DNA of 64,000 bases. It comes from Trichosphaerium sp. ATCC 40318 (lineage: Eukaryota > Protista > Tubulinea). A program made the translations under genes and the position numbers. Where the stretch lies: contig JALMLS010000216.1 of assembly GCA_038496445.1 (NCBI GenBank), forward strand, positions 558,001-622,000, read 5' to 3'. Below are positions 62,964 through 64,000 of the stretch, piece after piece (position 1 is the first letter of the stretch; every line of letters begins with the position of its first letter). The notes under the pieces are model-generated. The model saw only the letters and a list, made by a program, of their open reading frames with translations, was not told where the DNA came from and did not search any database.

Positions 62964-64000
62964 ATGTATAATACTAACAGTACGTAGATGAATTAAACTA
63001 CAATAGCAACCATCCATTTGTAGGGAGTTTTTGTGTTATTTATAATTTTTTGTTTGCTAAGCTTTTGAGAGATCATAATATGCGCGTGTGAGCTTATTTA
63101 GCTAATAATTATTAGGACGCCGTAATTATTGCGTACTTGCAATAGTAATTGTGTTTACGCTCCTTTGCGTCCAGAAAGTACACGCAGGGGTTGAGTGCCA
63201 CGATAAAACACTTTGTCAAACTTTTGATTCATGTTCTAAATCAGACGCGATGAAACGTGCTGGACATGTTTGCAGTGGGTTTCCCTACTACAATGGTGGC
63301 GCTCCGCTTCGCCCATTTCGTTATGACGACGAAAACGAGCAATACACATGTTTGAGCACTAATGGCTCTGCTTGTATTCTATGGAACACAAGAGAGACCT
63401 CACCAGACGAATTCGAAGTCGGTCTGGGTAACTGTACAAATTTTAACTCTAGAGGGTACTGCGAGAACTGGAGAGTAGACCAACAAGAGGTTACAAACTG
63501 TAAACGGGGTGAACGCGCAACTGGGACGACAACATTGATCAGTGCGTTTTTTTTAAAACAAAGTTGTTTTTTTGTTCGTTTTCTAAACTTGCCTAAGCCG
63601 GCGAAACAACAAGACAAGAGTGCTGTTCTACATCTTGTGATGACTATGGGTGTATTACGATTTGTTTATCAAGGATTGAAAGAGAGTTCGCTATTTGTGA
63701 ATGTAGAAAAACGCAAGATGTTACTGCAACGACTAGCGTTTGCATAGAATGGTACGTTTCCCTATTTGGATTTTTTTTACACAAACTTTTTTTTCTTTCG
63801 CCGTTTTGGCTTAAAAACAACCTCACCACAGCCACATAAATATATAGCGTATTTTAGTGCTTATCTTGTCAAATACCGAACTTCTGAGCCACAAATAGTG
63901 TTTTCTTAGATTTTACAATTTGTTTTTATTATTTTGACGTTTGTGAAGGTATTGTCAAGAGACTGGCCTTGGTATTAACAGTGCAACAGAGGACGAGAAT
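62964..64000 (+). CDS. Cys-rich secreted/membrane protein, 3' partial
   Basis: MYNTN|RRRNYCVLAIVIVFTLLCVQKVHAG signal; repeated C..W..E..E...C.C units across phase-consistent exons. Confidence 0.75.

Noticed and set aside
1-64000. Alternative genetic code, selenoproteins, tRNA/rRNA genes or transposases
   Set aside because: In-frame stops I examined are explained by short introns; TAA, TAG and TGA all terminate genes; no cloverleaf, rRNA, RT or transposase motifs recognised

Overview
Gene-dense, AT-rich (about 35% GC by eye) eukaryotic genomic DNA with many short spliceosomal introns, mostly about 45-100 nt, whose donors are typically GTACG/GTGCG/GTAAG. Gene content (Clu-domain/RCC1 protein, Roco-like kinase, WKF-repeat/RAP-like protein, GVHTI-type F-box/LRR) points to a free-living protist, most likely an amoebozoan (inference). 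About 26 protein genes were reconstructed by hand. Housekeeping genes include MED17, BRAT1, UVRAG, SMG8, an ExoIII/APE nuclease, a PPP phosphatase, formate dehydrogenase and pyroglutamyl peptidase. Several genes look bacterial. The most striking are (1) an intronless, signal-peptide-bearing protein whose C-terminal domain matches the colicin M lipid II-phosphodiesterase catalytic motif (55714-56532), (2) a surface-anchored AztD-like zinc-chaperone beta-propeller (1573-3440), (3) an unassigned ~230-nt structured, Pol III-like ncRNA candidate (47710-47945, minus), (4) ~20 VASYTND tyrosine motifs in a giant Clu-domain protein, (5) a Roco-like protein with dead GTPase and kinase motifs, and (6) recurrent GCACG-donor GC-AG introns. 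Coordinates are hand-derived gene spans including introns. All homology calls come from remembered family motifs, not database searches.
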